Shown: positions 10,975-25,225, counted from the whole stretch's first letter. The stretch: 63,960 bases of DNA, filler included, from Reticulomyxa filosa (GCA_000512085.1; 20 parts of 20 records of this genome joined end to end with filler, not necessarily neighbours in it), one strand, 5' to 3'. The notes: generated from the letters alone by a model not told the origin. Numbers and translations are program-made.

Positions 10975-13900
10975 TTAATATTTGGTTCGCAGCAGATATC
11001 GTTGTGCGGCTCTCCACAATTCTGACACACATTTGCGGCGATCTTTATGTTGTGCAGAGCAGAAATACATTTCAAAAAATTCTTTGGGTGATGGGTCTTC
11101 AATGGGTGCATTGATCTCGCTGTAATATTATGTTGAGCAACACAGGTGGGTTAATTTGATATTTATCAACTATCTTAACAAAACAACAAAATTAAGTCAA
11201 CTGCTTGAAACAAAATTGTATGTATTCTTGCAATATGTCTTTATTGAATTGATAAAATTCTTCTAAAACTTGTTCCAACTTGTTGACGGATGACAATACA
11301 GTTCCGTGTATGAGTCCTTTCAAAATATGACCAACCAACGTTTTACCATGACTATGTAGTAGTTTCGTGAAGTAAATATCTCTATTATTTGTGGAAGTAG
11401 ATGAATTGCGAATTTTTGATTCAGATCCTTGCGTCTCTCCTTCTTTGTGATGACGTTTGAGTATGGCAATGCTATGATGTGATCGAGATTTTGCCAAGGC
11501 AATCGAACATTCATAAAAGTGGCAAATGGATTCCAAAGCCTTGCGATGATGCAACAGCATACCGTCAAGTCCTTTCACAAATATTTTTTCCATTAGTGCC
11601 ATATTTTGCACAATCAAAGATGGATTTCGTTTCATAAGGGAGACCATTAGTTCAAAATAATCTTCCACAATATCTGGATGCTCCTCAAATCTTTTTTTTT
11701 AAAATTTAAATTAGACATGAACAAAATTAGAGAATAAAGAAAAGAAAAAAAACAATCCAAGAAAAATATAAAGTTAACTTTTGTTTGTTGGAAAGCAGTG
11801 TCAATGTGGTTTTGGACACTCTCAATAAGCATTCTTTCAGATAAGGATCGAAAGACTGCATAGCACCATATTCATTGGCATACATGGAGACAATAGACAA
11901 CAGATGGCTATACGAAGACAAGCGAATAAACAACAAATAGAAGAATCAAACAAACAAACGAAAAAAAAACAACAAAACAAACGATTTTGGTGACTGTTGA
12001 TATAATTGGGTAGTCATATCTAAGGCTTCAACAAAGCAGTGTTTGGCATATTTTGCAAATGCTTCTGGTTCATTTCGAATAGTATATTTCACTACATTGA
12101 TGGTTTTTTCCATCAGATCATCATCATTCTATTTTGACATTACCCAACACAAAGACAGAATAAAAAAATGAAAACAAAACAAAAAACAAACAAACTTGGA
12201 AGGTTTGGAGAATGACTTTGAAATAAGGCCATAGTTTTTGAAAAAAGGCGACCAGCAATGGGACGGCATGGTTTACATGCACAGAAATGATCGGAAACGG
12301 ATTGGAAAAGACGCAATACTTCCAAATGACGGAAATGCGTTTAACGATGTCAACGAGCTTGACAGGTCGCTTGTTGTGGATAGAGACGAAATTACTATTG
12401 GTTTTGGTCATGACATCCAAGTATTGGACAGGAGTATCTAAAATGGATTTAAGCTGTTGACGAGCACGGTTATAATCGGTCAATGAGTAAATGACCATTA
12501 CCACTCCCCGAGTAATTTCGCAGGCATCATGGATAGGCAAATGAAACGAGTTTTCATACAATTGAAATAATTTCGGCCAATTATTATTCACAAATGTTTC
12601 TTCACAACAAAACTCCTCACACACACGTACGATGCAATGTGCCGCCTCACTGCACACCCGCGTGTCACTTAATCCCTGACAAACATACGCCATACACTTG
12701 TCGAAGGTATCCTCTTCTTTCACATCCAAGATATTGGCATGTTGTGCAATTAATCCTATCGCCGTACTGCGAGTGCGATAATGATTATCTTTCAAACGCG
12801 GAATAATCCGAAATACCTAATTTTTTTTATTTATTTATTTTTAATATATACATACACTTGTATACGAATATAGAAATAAATGTCTCCCCCTTTTTTTTTT
12901 TTGAACTTCAATCAAGGGGTGCGTTCCGCCTGGCTTTGTTTTTTCATAGACTTTGTAATTCGAACGAATGGAAAATAGGATGGCTTCGATTTGTGCATGA
13001 ACTTTGGGGGATGGGTTTGAGATATGGACCAAAGGGTCCAGCATTTTACAAAATTGGCGGAGCAAACATTGAGCACTTAAGATTTTGCCGATTTTGGCCA
13101 AGACGTCACTGCATTGCCAACGATATGAATAAAAAGTTTCCAAAGTATCTAAAGTTGGTTCGGTCCTTTCTTCGGGCCACTCACAGTTGGATATCATCGC
13201 AATTGTCAATGGAGGGATTATATTTTCGATCAGCCATTTCATTCCCTTATTCCAACATGGACGTCCTCCATTACTGCAGGTGTCATCCTCCTCCACGTCT
13301 GTGCTTGCATTCATTTGTTGTAGCTCCGTGCAAAACGGTTCCAAAAAATGCTCCCAAAAATACATTGTGTACATTGATACACAAGGTTCCCCTTTCAATC
13401 TTGTCGCCTCCAATATCGCTTCCACCAATTGTCGTGATTTGATATCGGTGTCCTTTTTTTTTGTTTATGTTGTTCTCCGACAAGAGGGAGAAAGGCATGA
13501 AATAGAGAAAAGTAACTTCTAGAATCCATTCCAAATACACCTCTGCAGTGTCTACGTATATCTTTGTAAAGTGCTCAACCTTTTCAGTGTCGATTGCATC
13601 GTCTTTCAATGCTAATTCTTTTTTTTTTTTTTCCCCTCTCTTTTTTTAATTTTGGTATTGTTTCAATCCCCCCAAAAAAAACAACTTAACTGAACGCAGA
13701 TAAGGTGTCTAATACCTTTGGGACAATAAAAGAAAAGGATTTTTTCCAACAGTTGGAATCTTGTCCCTCTGATGTCTCTTCCTCGTCGTCCGATTCATTA
13801 TGTGATGATTGCAATCGAAGGAGCTATTATCCATGTTTGTTTTTATTTCATATTATTATTGTTATTGTTATTGTTATAATTAAAATAACAAAGTATTTTT

Positions 13901-15180
13901 GATGAAAGAGACACATACCCGACAGATGCTGGAAGCGGCAATAGGAAATAATTGTTCGTGTTGCAACGCTTGAAAGAGACAAGCGCTCAACCGTGAGGTG
14001 CCCAACAATTGTGTGCTTGCGTTGTCCATTACGAACAGCCACGCGTGGAAACATTCAAACACCTATGTCCATTCAACCACCTTCCTTCACAACGTCATCT
14101 TGTCCTCTTTTTACTCGCAAGAGAGAGAGAGCCAAGGCAACGGGGAAAAAAGGGGGAAACACACGCACGTACGGCGAGCTGCAAATCGATACGTTCACCC
14201 GTGTTTTGAAATAACGTTTCCAGCATTACCAAAACTGCTTTTGCGTGTTTTTCTAAATTCTGTTTGATTGCATGTGTATGTGTGTGTGTGTTTTAAATAT
14301 ATTGTTTTAAATCAGTCAAAGTGAAACTAAAAAAAAAAAAAAGAGTAGGGAGAAACCTTAATTGCAGCTTTTTTAAGTTTGTCAGGGAAAGGAATTTTCC
14401 AATGAAAAATCTCTTCTGCAAACACAGTCAAAATTTCGAGCAACAAAACAATTTTTTCCGGCGTGGCCAATTGTCGCATCAAATGCGGCACTACGTCATG
14501 CCAATCTGGTCTTTGAATAAAAATGTATGCCAATCCGATCTCCAATTGTGTCCTTATTTTTTTTTTCCTATATATGTATGTACATATATTTATTCACCCT
14601 TACGTATTCAAATGTACACACCAACTTGAATAGAAAGAAAAAAAAAAAAAAAACTTACTGAATTGACTTTAAATTGCAACAAAAGTGTTAAAATGAAATC
14701 AGTCATTTTTCCATGGACATTAGGGCTCATTTGGTTCAAATGCTTGCACAGCTTTGCAAATTTGTTACATTTGTTTCTTTTCCTTGTTTGCTTGGCTATG
14801 TCTTACCCGTCAGACAAACCAACGTAGAAACGCAAAAGACAAAACTTTCTTGCGCAACATATTCGCTGCAAAAAAGTGAGCTTCCTTCGCCAACTTTGGC
14901 TGCTTTAAAAACATGCTCAATACTGTCCATGAATCCTTGTCATTTGGAAATTTCTGGTCATTATTTTTATTTTTATTTTTGCTTTTGTTTTTGTTTTGTA
15001 CTTTTTTGCTCGGTTTTTGCATGGATTACTTTTGTTGTTGCACACTTGTGTCAAAAAATGATCCATTTGCTCACGTTGTTCATGCGATGTAGTTATTGCA
15101 TACATCTTTGAGATTGCATCCAATGTTTGCGAACATAATACTTCAACACATTTATTATTAGCACTTTGTATATTATCCAT
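10975..15180 (-). CDS. Importin-beta family karyopherin, transportin-3/Mtr10 or importin-13-like (many exons; 3' end approximate)
   Basis: IBN_N-like start (LDAISKMY...EQMDHFLTQ; SW..L....EAHFFAANMLRKK), LLEILTVFAEE (Xpo1-like domain), FYSYRWQCSDVL and IEAILFSIRS. HEAT-like helical exons run down to about 11.0 kb. Confidence 0.8.
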
Positions 15181-15405
15181 CTCTTTTAGAACAATTATCA
15201 ACTTCCTCCCTTTTTTTTCGACAGTCGGAGCAGAGATTATATTTTAAAAATAATTTTGCACTATTTTGTGCATTGCTACAATTTTTCAAATTTGGATCGT
15301 CAGAANNNNNNNNNNNNNNNNNNNNNNNNNNNNNNNNNNNNNNNNNNNNTTAATTAATTAANNNNNNNNNNNNNNNNNNNNNNNNNNNNNNNNNNNNNNN
15401 NNNNN

Positions 15406-18346
15406 GAAGCAACTCTCCACGAGAATAAGAGCGAGAAGGAGGAGAAGGAGAAAGGTTCAAAAGTGCAGCACTTGTTAAAAGAGGACGGATCTTTTCGAAA
15501 AAAGATTGAAAAGTCATTGCGCGTCAAACCCGGGGATATACCCGTTGTCAATAAAAAAAATAAGTCGGTCAATGATGTTGACATGTCAAGCAGCAATCAT
15601 AGTAACATTTCTACTTTGGAGGTTACCAATAGCAATGGCAAAGATATGCAGTCTCCTCATCTACCTATGCGATCCATGGCTCATTACAAGAGTCCGCGAG
15701 TGGACACGCTTTTGAAAAATCGGAGCGGCTCCAAGAAAAAAAAACAACATGGAAACAGTTCCGGAATCAGACACGTCGGCGAAAAGCACAACTCCAAATC
15801 CAAACGCCACGTCAAAAATTCCAAAAGTGCAATCAGTGCGACGGCGTGGGCTGAATATTATGACAAAGGCAACGGCACAATGGCGAGCTCGGAAGCAAAG
15901 GACGGCTTTGCGAGTGACACCAGCACCGCTTCCGAGAAGCGCGACAGCGACCTGGACGAGAACGAGTCGGAGCAAGAGGACCCGGAACAAGACAATGCGT
16001 TTTTCACAGAATTGACGGACCATTTGACAAGCAACTTGTATTCCGAGTTGAATTTCCTGTTGAATCAACAGCACAAGCAAGGTGCACATCAGTTGCATCT
16101 CTCCGAACAAAAAAATTCCGACACCGAAATTAGTCATGAGTCACTTGTTACTGTCAGTACTGTCTTGAAAAATATGAAGCAAATGAAAGTCAACAGTTCT
16201 GCAAAAAAAAAAAACAAACTTCAAAATGTTTCTTATTTTCGTTTCTGTGTGAATGTATTTATGTATGTATGCATGTACGTATACGTATTCGGATGTTGGT
16301 ACTCAATAGAGGGACAAGACAACACATTGCATCCATCTGCAGCAAGAGGTCAATCCAAAGTGTTGCCGATGTCAAAGAAAAAAGTCCAGTTCAATGACAA
16401 TGACAACAATAATAATAGCAATAACGATGACAGTGCGGAGGACAAAACGAATGAGAAGGAGGACAGCGACAGCGAGTCGAGTGCTGAAAATGACAACGAA
16501 GAGAAAAAGTACATATCCGTTGGCAGAGACCGTGGGCAAAGCAAGTTTTTAGTAGAAAAGCCGAGCATTTGCAGTGGGGCTAAGCGCGTTCAAAAAAAAG
16601 AGGCCGATATCCAAAGAAACGAAATTCGCTTGTTCCAAGTCTTGAAAGAAGACTACGCCGATCAATTGAAAAAAATTGTCCAAGAAACTCGCATTGACGT
16701 CATTATGCCATTTCTGCCTATTGTGTTACGTGTGTGCATGTGTGCATGTTATTTCCATTACACCAAAAAAAACAAAATTGTTTGTTGAAATAAACACAAA
16801 TAGAGCCTCGGTTTTGTCACGAAAAGGAGCCGAGAAATTCCGACAAGAGGTCGGCGCACTACTGTCCGAGCAGATTACGCATGACCTTGACTTGTACCAA
16901 GCAGTGCAATTTCTGTTGGCCGCGTACAAATCGAAGAAGACGACTCCCATTGCGCTGCTGTTTAGTGGAATGGCATACATGAACGGCATGGACAAGAGCA
17001 AGGATAAAGATAACGATAAAGATAAAGATAAAGATATAGATAAAGGCAAAGGCAAAGGCAAAGGCAAAGGCAAAGGAAACAAGAACAGTGCAAACACCCA
17101 GTCGAATGGAATCGGCGTGGGACACTCCCCCCGTGAAGCAGAGACAACAGCAATGACACAAAAAGGAAGCGACAATGGAGGGCATGTGCGAGACGGTTTG
17201 GTGTGGTCTCCGGCAGCATGTAACAGTCGTTTGCCAAAGGATCCGGTCAAGTTTTGGGAGTATATTGCGTACTTTAAAGACGCGAAAGCCGGGTTCGAGT
17301 TCGAATTGAATCGCAACACTCACAGCGATTTGAGGGACCCGTGCGTGTGCAATGGCCCTCCCATCAGTCGTGTGTCCATTCGAAAAGTAATGAATAGTCA
17401 CGCCAAGCCTTTCCTCATCGACATTTACACGGCGGAAAATCCGCTGCAAAGCATCGAAATTCGCTCTTCCACCATCATTTTGAAAGCGGGAGATGACTTA
17501 CGAAAAGACGCCATGATCATGCAAGTGTTCAAATTCATTAATCACATTTGGCATCGAGAAAACCTTGTCTTCGAAGACAGACATGTCAATATTCTAACAT
17601 ACAAAGTCGTGCCAATGTCGCCTGAAATTGGCTGCATTGAATTAGTTCCAGGATGCATCGCATTAAGGGACATTTCACACTTGAAAAATTTTATGAAAAG
17701 TAGACACTATGTCAATTTGATATGCTCTGCTGCTGGGTCTTATATTGCCTCTTTTGTCATGGGAATTAGGGATAGGCACTTTGATAATATCTTAGTCAGA
17801 CAAACCGATTGCACTTTATTTCATATTGATTTTAATTATGTCTTGGGGTTTGTTTATTTATTTATTTATTTGCTTTGTTTTTTTTTTTTTAATTAAAAAA
17901 AAAGGAAAAAAAAAGTAGTGCTCATTTGTTTGAACAGAGAAAAAGTCTCTTTTGATGCGTGTCCCTTTGGCATTACCCATGAACTGTATGAACTAATGAA
18001 CGAACAGTACAAAACATTTGTTGATTTGGCTGTAAAAGCTTATCAATTGTTACGAGATAATTACATTGAAATCATGGAATTTGCACAGTTAGCCTTTGAT
18101 TTTATTGTCCCCACCGAGGCCGTCAAAAAGTTTATCAAAGGAAAACTAAAAATTGGCGAGTCCAATGAAAAAGCAGAAAAGTTAGTCTTGTGCATGTTTG
18201 TGCATGTGCATTTGATCCCAAAAAACACACAAAACAACACAATGAAATAAAGGTGGTTGAGGAAGCAATTAAATGAGGCACCATTTAACAGGCAAACCAA
18301 ATGGAAAAATAGAATACACAAATTAGCAACTGCGTCTGGCAGATGA
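15406..18346 (+). CDS. Phosphatidylinositol 3-kinase family protein (catalytic domain at C-terminus; 5' truncated)
   Basis: Motifs VMNSHAKP, ILKAGDDLRKD, TYKVVPMSPEIGCIELV, SAAGSYIASFVMGIRDRHFDNIL, LFHIDFNYVLG and CPFGIT. Last exon ends KWKNRIHKLATASGR* at 18346. Confidence 0.92.
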
Positions 18347-19146
18347 CGATTTTTTTTTTTTTAATATTTCAAATTTTCTTCGAAGAAAAATAGGAAGAAA
18401 AAAAAACAACAAAGATAAAATTATTTCAATTTCTTTTTCTCTATTATATTTTGATATTCAATCTGTATTCTATATTTTTTTTAATTTGTGTTTTTTGTTT
18501 ATTGGTCGGTTTTGTTTTTGTTTACGTTTTGTTTTTGTTTTTTTGTTAAACGATCTTCACAAGTCAAAGCTTGTTGAGTTTTTGCAATTGATAGTATTTG
18601 TTTTTCTTTACATGTATTGTGGACCAATTGAATTTATTTGAACTTCATTTCTTTTTTCCTGAGAGATTGTGGCCCGCATTTTTGTTTGTTTCTTTGTGAT
18701 TTGTTGTTTGATAATGCTTGTAATTAGAGGGTGTTGGCTCACACATGCAAAGAGAAAAAAAAAGAAGGAAAATGGATTTTTGCGATTTAGTTGGTTGTTG
18801 TTTTTCCCATTTTCCTTCTTTGAAACTGGAAGGCACAAAGGTTGTTCCGTCCAATTTTAATATCCTCTTTTTGTGTCATTAGTCCCTTCATTGTTGACTT
18901 TTGTTCAAAAACACAAAGCGTATTTCAGTCAACAATTATGTTGATTAAAAGAAAAATGATTATAATTATAAATTGAAAACCAACAAACTGAACACATGAA
19001 GAATATTTTTTGTTTTAGAAAAAATTTAATCGGTAGGGATACGTGTGCTAAAAAAAAAAAAAAATCACTGCAGTCTTCAAAGAACCAGACCTCCACACAT
19101 AGAAAAAAAAACCTTCAGCAAAGGAAAAACAAAAAGTGAAGGAATC

Positions 19147-21009
19147 CTATCTCGAACGAGCAGACACAATTTCATAGATTTGAAATCTAGCAAACGAATC
19201 ATTCATGTTACCAAATATCTCGGACACCAGGAAACGTAGATCACGAACAAGCTCAAAGAATTCTTCTTCCATTTGGGATTGTACCTTGTTTTCAGAGGGT
19301 GTTGAGCTCACCTCTGCTTCAATAGAAACAGAAATGACATTGGACAATATTTCACCAACTTTCTGCTTAGACGAGCCAGAATTGAGCAGCCACGGCTGGG
19401 CACGATTAAAGTGGATTGACAAACTAGCCCTAATTCTCCAAGAAATATTCACCATATATGGTGCACCTTTGGCATTAATATATTTTTTGTAGATGTAAAC
19501 CCACGCTTCTAAAATTGGGCCATACTTTCTGCTGCCTGATGTTGGAGCTGAAGATAATTTGGTGCGCAACATGCCTAACTCGAGCGCAAGGGGGATTTCA
19601 ATATCAGTCGGAATATTTAGATCTGTTATGTGAGTTTCGGGTTTGTCTTTGTTCAAATATCCAAATTCTAATAGAATTCTTTGCATTTGGACCAATTCGG
19701 TTATCACAAGTAAATTTTCTTGTTTTGATGTTTTTTTTTTTGCGAGCAAAATACAAATTATTTGGCACAAGTAAAATAATTCAACAAAGAGGGGAAAAAA
19801 TACAATTTGTCACATAATCTTACCAACACTAAGTTCACGTGTCAAATGCAGCATAAATGATTCATAACCTTTTCCATATTCCAAAAGATTTCCCAACGTT
19901 ACTTTCCGTTGTTTGTATTGTTGTCGATCCTCCTCGGGTGCCGATCTCTTGATTTTAAAAGGTAAACTTTTGGCAAGTGCGTTTTGTAACATTTCCAATG
20001 CAGACGTTGAGGTTGGGGGTGAAATGGAAAGTCTCTGAACTAAATTCATTCTATTTTCGTTCCAATGAACAGTTAGAATCCCACTAATTAACAACATTGC
20101 AATCCAACTTACTTGTACATACAAAATTGTAACGTTGTAATTTTCCCAAACAATATTAGGATAAGTGACATTGCTGCCCATACCAAGACCCCTCCCTGAA
20201 CCATAAAAATTGCTTATGGAAGTAATTACACTTAAGATCACTGTCACTACAAATATTATTGACATGTACCTGATCTCCTTTTGAAGATACCATAAATCCA
20301 CAAACTTTACTATTGTATGCATGAACTTAAGCAACAAAAGTACATCCATGCCACCTACCGACATTGAGGCTACACCAATTCTTCCCAATTCTTTTTTTTT
20401 TTAGTTGTCGTTGTTTTTATGTATTGCATGGCGACGTACACGTACTTAAAAAAAAAAATCATTTACTTTTTACGTATACACCCTTGATATTTAGAACATA
20501 CGTTCCCCATGGAAGAATAGGTATATCATTACAAAATTAAGGACTATAAGTTGCACGCCTAAAAAAATCGGAACAACTTTGGGATTTGTTATCTGCTTAT
20601 ACCATTTCTTTGAGTATTTGCTTCTCTGCAAGTGCGAAGGATCCAAAATGGATCGCCACTCCATCGCCAACTGTGCTTGTTGTACATCAATAAATATAAA
20701 CCAATATCGGCAAACTATAATCATAAATAATAACAATGCTAAATTCATGTCTATTATAAATTCCACACATCGGTCCTCATTAAACCAATTCATCAGTCTT
20801 CCCACATGGAGTGGTAAATAAATCAAATTGTAGATTTCAAATATCGCAAGCCCTGCAAGTGCCAAGTTTGGATATCTGACTGTCAAAAATTTTTTGTTTC
20901 CATTGCGCTTCCAAAGGTGTACCGCGTAAATACTCAAGGGAAGAGCCACCAAATATGACAAAATAAAATGAAGCACGCCAAGCGTTATAGTAGCTTGACG
21001 CCACGCCAT
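19147..21009 (-). CDS. 7TM-RGS protein (seven-transmembrane domain fused to RGS box)
   Basis: Exons 21009..20502, 20390..19824 and 19718..19147 join in frame at GT-AG sites. Seven hydrophobic segments precede the RGS motifs GYESFMLHLTRELSV/ENL, IYKKYINAKGAPYMVNIS and NMNDSFARF. Confidence 0.88.
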
Positions 21010-21214
21010 CGTTTCCAATAAGAGACCCAACAAAGACAAACTGGCGGGGAAGAAAAAACGAGCACAAGAAAGGATTAAAGCACGTGAAAAATTCGTTTTG
21101 AATGACAAATATAGAACTAACAACGGCTAAAAATTGGAAACACCGTAGTAACAATATATCACAAAACAGAAAGGGGTGTGTAAAAACAGCGGGGTTTTTT
21201 TTTTGGAAAGAAAG
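21010..21214. promoter_or_regulatory. Putative bidirectional promoter between 7TM-RGS and RasGEF
   Basis: Only about 205 bp separate two divergent ATGs (21009 minus, 21215 plus). Inferred from geometry only. Confidence 0.45.
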
Positions 21215-24200
21215 ATGAATCCATTAAGTTCATCAAATCATGATCACAAGAGCGACCAGTTACTGGAGACTGAAGAAACAAAACGAGTGGACATATCAAA
21301 ACTATTATATCGTCGAAAGGATTTGATAAATCAACTGCAAGAGCAAGAGCAGCAAAACTTGAAATTGTGGGAAGAAGTGAACGACCGTTTGGACATGAGC
21401 ATGGCAGAAAAGGGGAAAGAGAAGAAAGTAGAAAGCCAAGACAGGTATAAGAACAGCAACACCAGCAGCAATAGTGTCAATAGTAGTCACAGTAACAATA
21501 GTTTCATGGTGGCAATAAAATATGACATTCCGACATTAAAAAACAATGAAAAGTTGAGCGAAGAAGAGAAGATGGAGCTGTGTACAGTGCTAATCCGGTA
21601 CCTATCTCTGTCAAACGCAGAGCGAAGAGTAGAGCTGAAGCGTCTATACAACGAGCAATCACAACTGTATTTAAAGGCGTGCGGTCTGAGTAGCGAAGAC
21701 ATAAGCGAACACATGAGTGCACTAAGCAACCCAACGCTAATCGCAAAAGAGAAGAGCGAGGTGGAAAGAAATGAAGTGTACGACCGCTATTTCGGAAGGT
21801 TCCCGGAACCAATGGGAATGAGTGATACCTACGACAAGTGCAAAAGACAGGACGCACCGCAGCTGCCTCGACAGCCGGCGCCGAGGATACAAAACGACAC
21901 AAAAGTAGGCGACACAAAAGTAGGAGTGTCCAGCCGCACAGAAAAGATGACTGGCTCCAAATCGGTCAGCATAAAGAGCTCAACGACGACACCGTCAGCT
22001 TCCCCATTTTCGTCGTCCCCCATATTGTCCAAAGTTTCGAAAGTGAACGGACACAAGGAAGAAGAAAAACGAGAGAGTTGGGGATTGAAGTCCTCGTCTC
22101 TGTTCGGAGGGCTGCTTATGAAAGACAAACACAAAGATAAAGATAAAAGCAAAGACAAAGATAAGGACAAGACTTTCGATCATACATCTCCACCACCACG
22201 AACTGCTACTTATTCTCACTTGCCACCCAATATCAATGCTCACACACGTCCTAAAGCCTCTCCCACTATTGCCTCGATAAAAAAAGAAGACGCTTTATCT
22301 GGTTTATAATGTACATATACATAAATACATATATATATGTATATATGTATATATATATGTGTATATGTATATATGTGTATATGTATATATGTGTATATTA
22401 TATATGTGTATATTATATTTAATATACAGTATATACATATACATATTTGTTTGGTTACAAATGAATGACTTGCAAAGGTGGGAAATGTATTCGCTTTGAT
22501 GCGAATGCCGAAGAGTTGTTTCCGCAGCGCCATCGATGCAGCTCCGCGACGGTGATATCGGCGATACACAGCACTCGAGACTTGCACATGGCGGTGAAGC
22601 AGCGCACGCCCGACGTGAACGTGAACCCGTTTTCCGCGGAGTCGAATTTCGGGTTTGATTACCTGTATTCGCAAGACTTTGTGTATAGATTCGATCAAGA
22701 CTGGGACCTCATCGAACAAGAGATCCTCGCTACGAAGGAAGCACAGCAATCGAAGCAACAACAACAACAACAGTCTTCATTTCCACCAGCACCCGTGCTC
22801 CACTCGCCGCAAAGCACGACATCAGACACCACCACTCCACTGTCCATCACAACCAGTCGTCATCGCGATAGCACGAAATACCTGCCCGACGGTCCGTCTC
22901 TACCGCACATACTTGCCACCAACACCATTGTCAGTCCTCCGTCTTCAGCTGCCAATAGTCCCTTTCCATATCCTGTCAATGGCGACACCAGTTTTATATT
23001 GCATATGCATACATATATATATGTGTACATATATACCGTCATACAAAATGGAAAGAGGGAGGAGATACCTCAAAAAAAAATCATGTTTTGTATTGTTTGT
23101 GTAAAAAACGTTAGCGCAAACGCCAAAGCAAGGGGCGGTAGCTCACAACAACAGCAGGAGCAATGCGTCATCAATCCCGCACATATCGCTGACTCCACAT
23201 CTGCAAAGCAAGAGCAGCAAAGGCGGAGCTGTAATGTCCACGCAGCTTTCCCGAAAAATGAACAGCAGCGAAGTCATGTCGATCGATCAGTTCGGCATTG
23301 AAGAGGATATGGAGGAAGACCAGGATCAAAACCAAAGTCGAAATCAAAATCAAACTCAAAATCAAGATCGAGATGAAAGAGCAACGAGTAAAAGTGCTTT
23401 CGAAGATAACAACAACAATAACGACGAACACGATTCGAAAGTATTGTCTCCCTCCGACTTCAAAGACCTCAAAGATGACATTGCTCCAATCCATATCACA
23501 AGGACAACGGCAGCAACAATGACAACGGTAATGTCTCCCACGTTGTCCGGCACTCCAAATGCCGGAGCTTTTGCAATGCGAGCATCCACCACAAATGTGA
23601 CTGGCTCCAAAGCGAGCGGCGGCAAATCGACGCAGACGGCACTTTGGTATACGTTGCCGCAAATGGTGTCATTCATCACCGACCCGGTTCAAAGCAAAGG
23701 GTTCCAATTGATTGTAACGACCCATAAAGCGTTTTGCGAGTCCAAACAGCTGTTGCAAACATTGATCGAACGCTACTTTGTTCCAATCCCTCCCAATTTG
23801 ACTCCTTCCGAAATATCCTGCTTCCGACAGCAGTATTTGGCACAAGTACGAATACGAGTTGGGGCCGTGCTCATTTATTGGCTGCGCAATCATTGGGAGG
23901 AAGACTTTGCAAACGAGTTTGAGTTGCTCGACATGATCGACAAATTCATTACTGCTATCAAACAAGACCCTCACAGTCAAGCTTTGGCTAGCAGTATTCG
24001 CAATTTAATCGAAAAAAAAGAAGTCACTACTTCTGTTGCTCTCAATGTCGAGAAACGAAAGTCTGAGCTCGTTGGAGGAGTGTCTCGCACTCGTTTGAGT
24101 ATTTTTTTTTTTTTTTGTTCTTCGAATAATTCATATCATGCTTGTATTTGTATATGTGGATTGACTTAGAATCATTGCGCAGACGAAAGGAAGTCGAAAT

Positions 24201-24936
24201 GCTTATGGACGTTCAAACCATTGATATTCTAGCGTTTGACATTGAAAAGGCTGCACCTTGTTTGATTCAAATCACTCACGAATGTTTCATTCAAATTCAG
24301 CCTCGTGAAATATTCAACTCCATCAAAAACAAAGAGGATGCTCCACATGTGCAAGCCATGGTCCAAAGATTCAATGACCTGTCCAATTGGGTGCAACGGG
24401 AGGTGCTGTCCGAAAAACGCGATCTAAAAAAACGCGTCAGTTGTGTCGTCTTTTTCATCAACTTGGCGCAATTGTTAACCAAAATGGGCGATTTTAGCAG
24501 TGGCTGTGCTGTATTAACTGGCCTTGGTGCAAACTCGGTATATCGATTAAAACAAACGGAAGGCAGATTGCCTGCTAAACAAAAACAAATCCGTGACGAA
24601 CTTAAAACTTTATTTTCGATGAATAAGGCTTATGCTTTGTTGCGAGAACGACAAAAACAGTATTTGGCGAAACCTGCAATCCCTTATATTGGTCTCTTCA
24701 AAAAAGATTTGACTATGTTATTTGAAACACCTTCCACAAAGGCTGGTGGCAAATTAATTAATTACTCTAAAGCCAAGATGCTGGGAAAGCAGATTGAGCA
24801 AATGAAAATGTTTCAAAACAATAAATGGAACTTTACTTGTGATCCGTTGCTATTGCGATATATCAGATCACAGTTGGAACAACCCGAGGTCAATGAACAA
24901 CAATTGTACAAAATTTCCAAACTTTTGGAACCATAA
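21215..24936 (+). CDS. Ras guanine nucleotide exchange factor (REM + CDC25 domain)
   Basis: REM: TLPQMV...THKAFCESKQLLQTLIERY...RIRVGAVLIYWLRNHWEEDF. CDC25: IQPREI, QRFNDLSNWV, DFSSGCAVLTGL.ANSVYRLKQT, PAIPYIGLFKKDL, LINYSK. Introns near 22303-22486, 22992-23114 and about 24100-24170. Confidence 0.92.
22310..22445. repeat. Intronic (TA/TATG) microsatellite
   Basis: Alternating tatatg/tata tract inside RasGEF intron 1. Confidence 0.8.
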
Positions 24937-25225
24937 CTAATTTCTTTTTCCTCACTATTTTAACATTACTAGAGTGAACAGTTTGCTTTTTTGTTTTTGT
25001 TTTTTGCCTTTTTATTCCTTTTGTAACTTGGAACTTGATGTATCTCATTCGTTTACTTTTTTCACACAAAATGTATTTAATAGTCAATTTACAACATGTA
25101 TCTGACTTGCGTAGGTATTTTTATTCTTTACAATTACAACTTGTCCACAAAACAACAAAGACTAAGAAAAAAAGCTTTCATGAAGGTATTTGGAATGTTC
25201 TTATTTTCTTCCCAGCTCATGCTAT

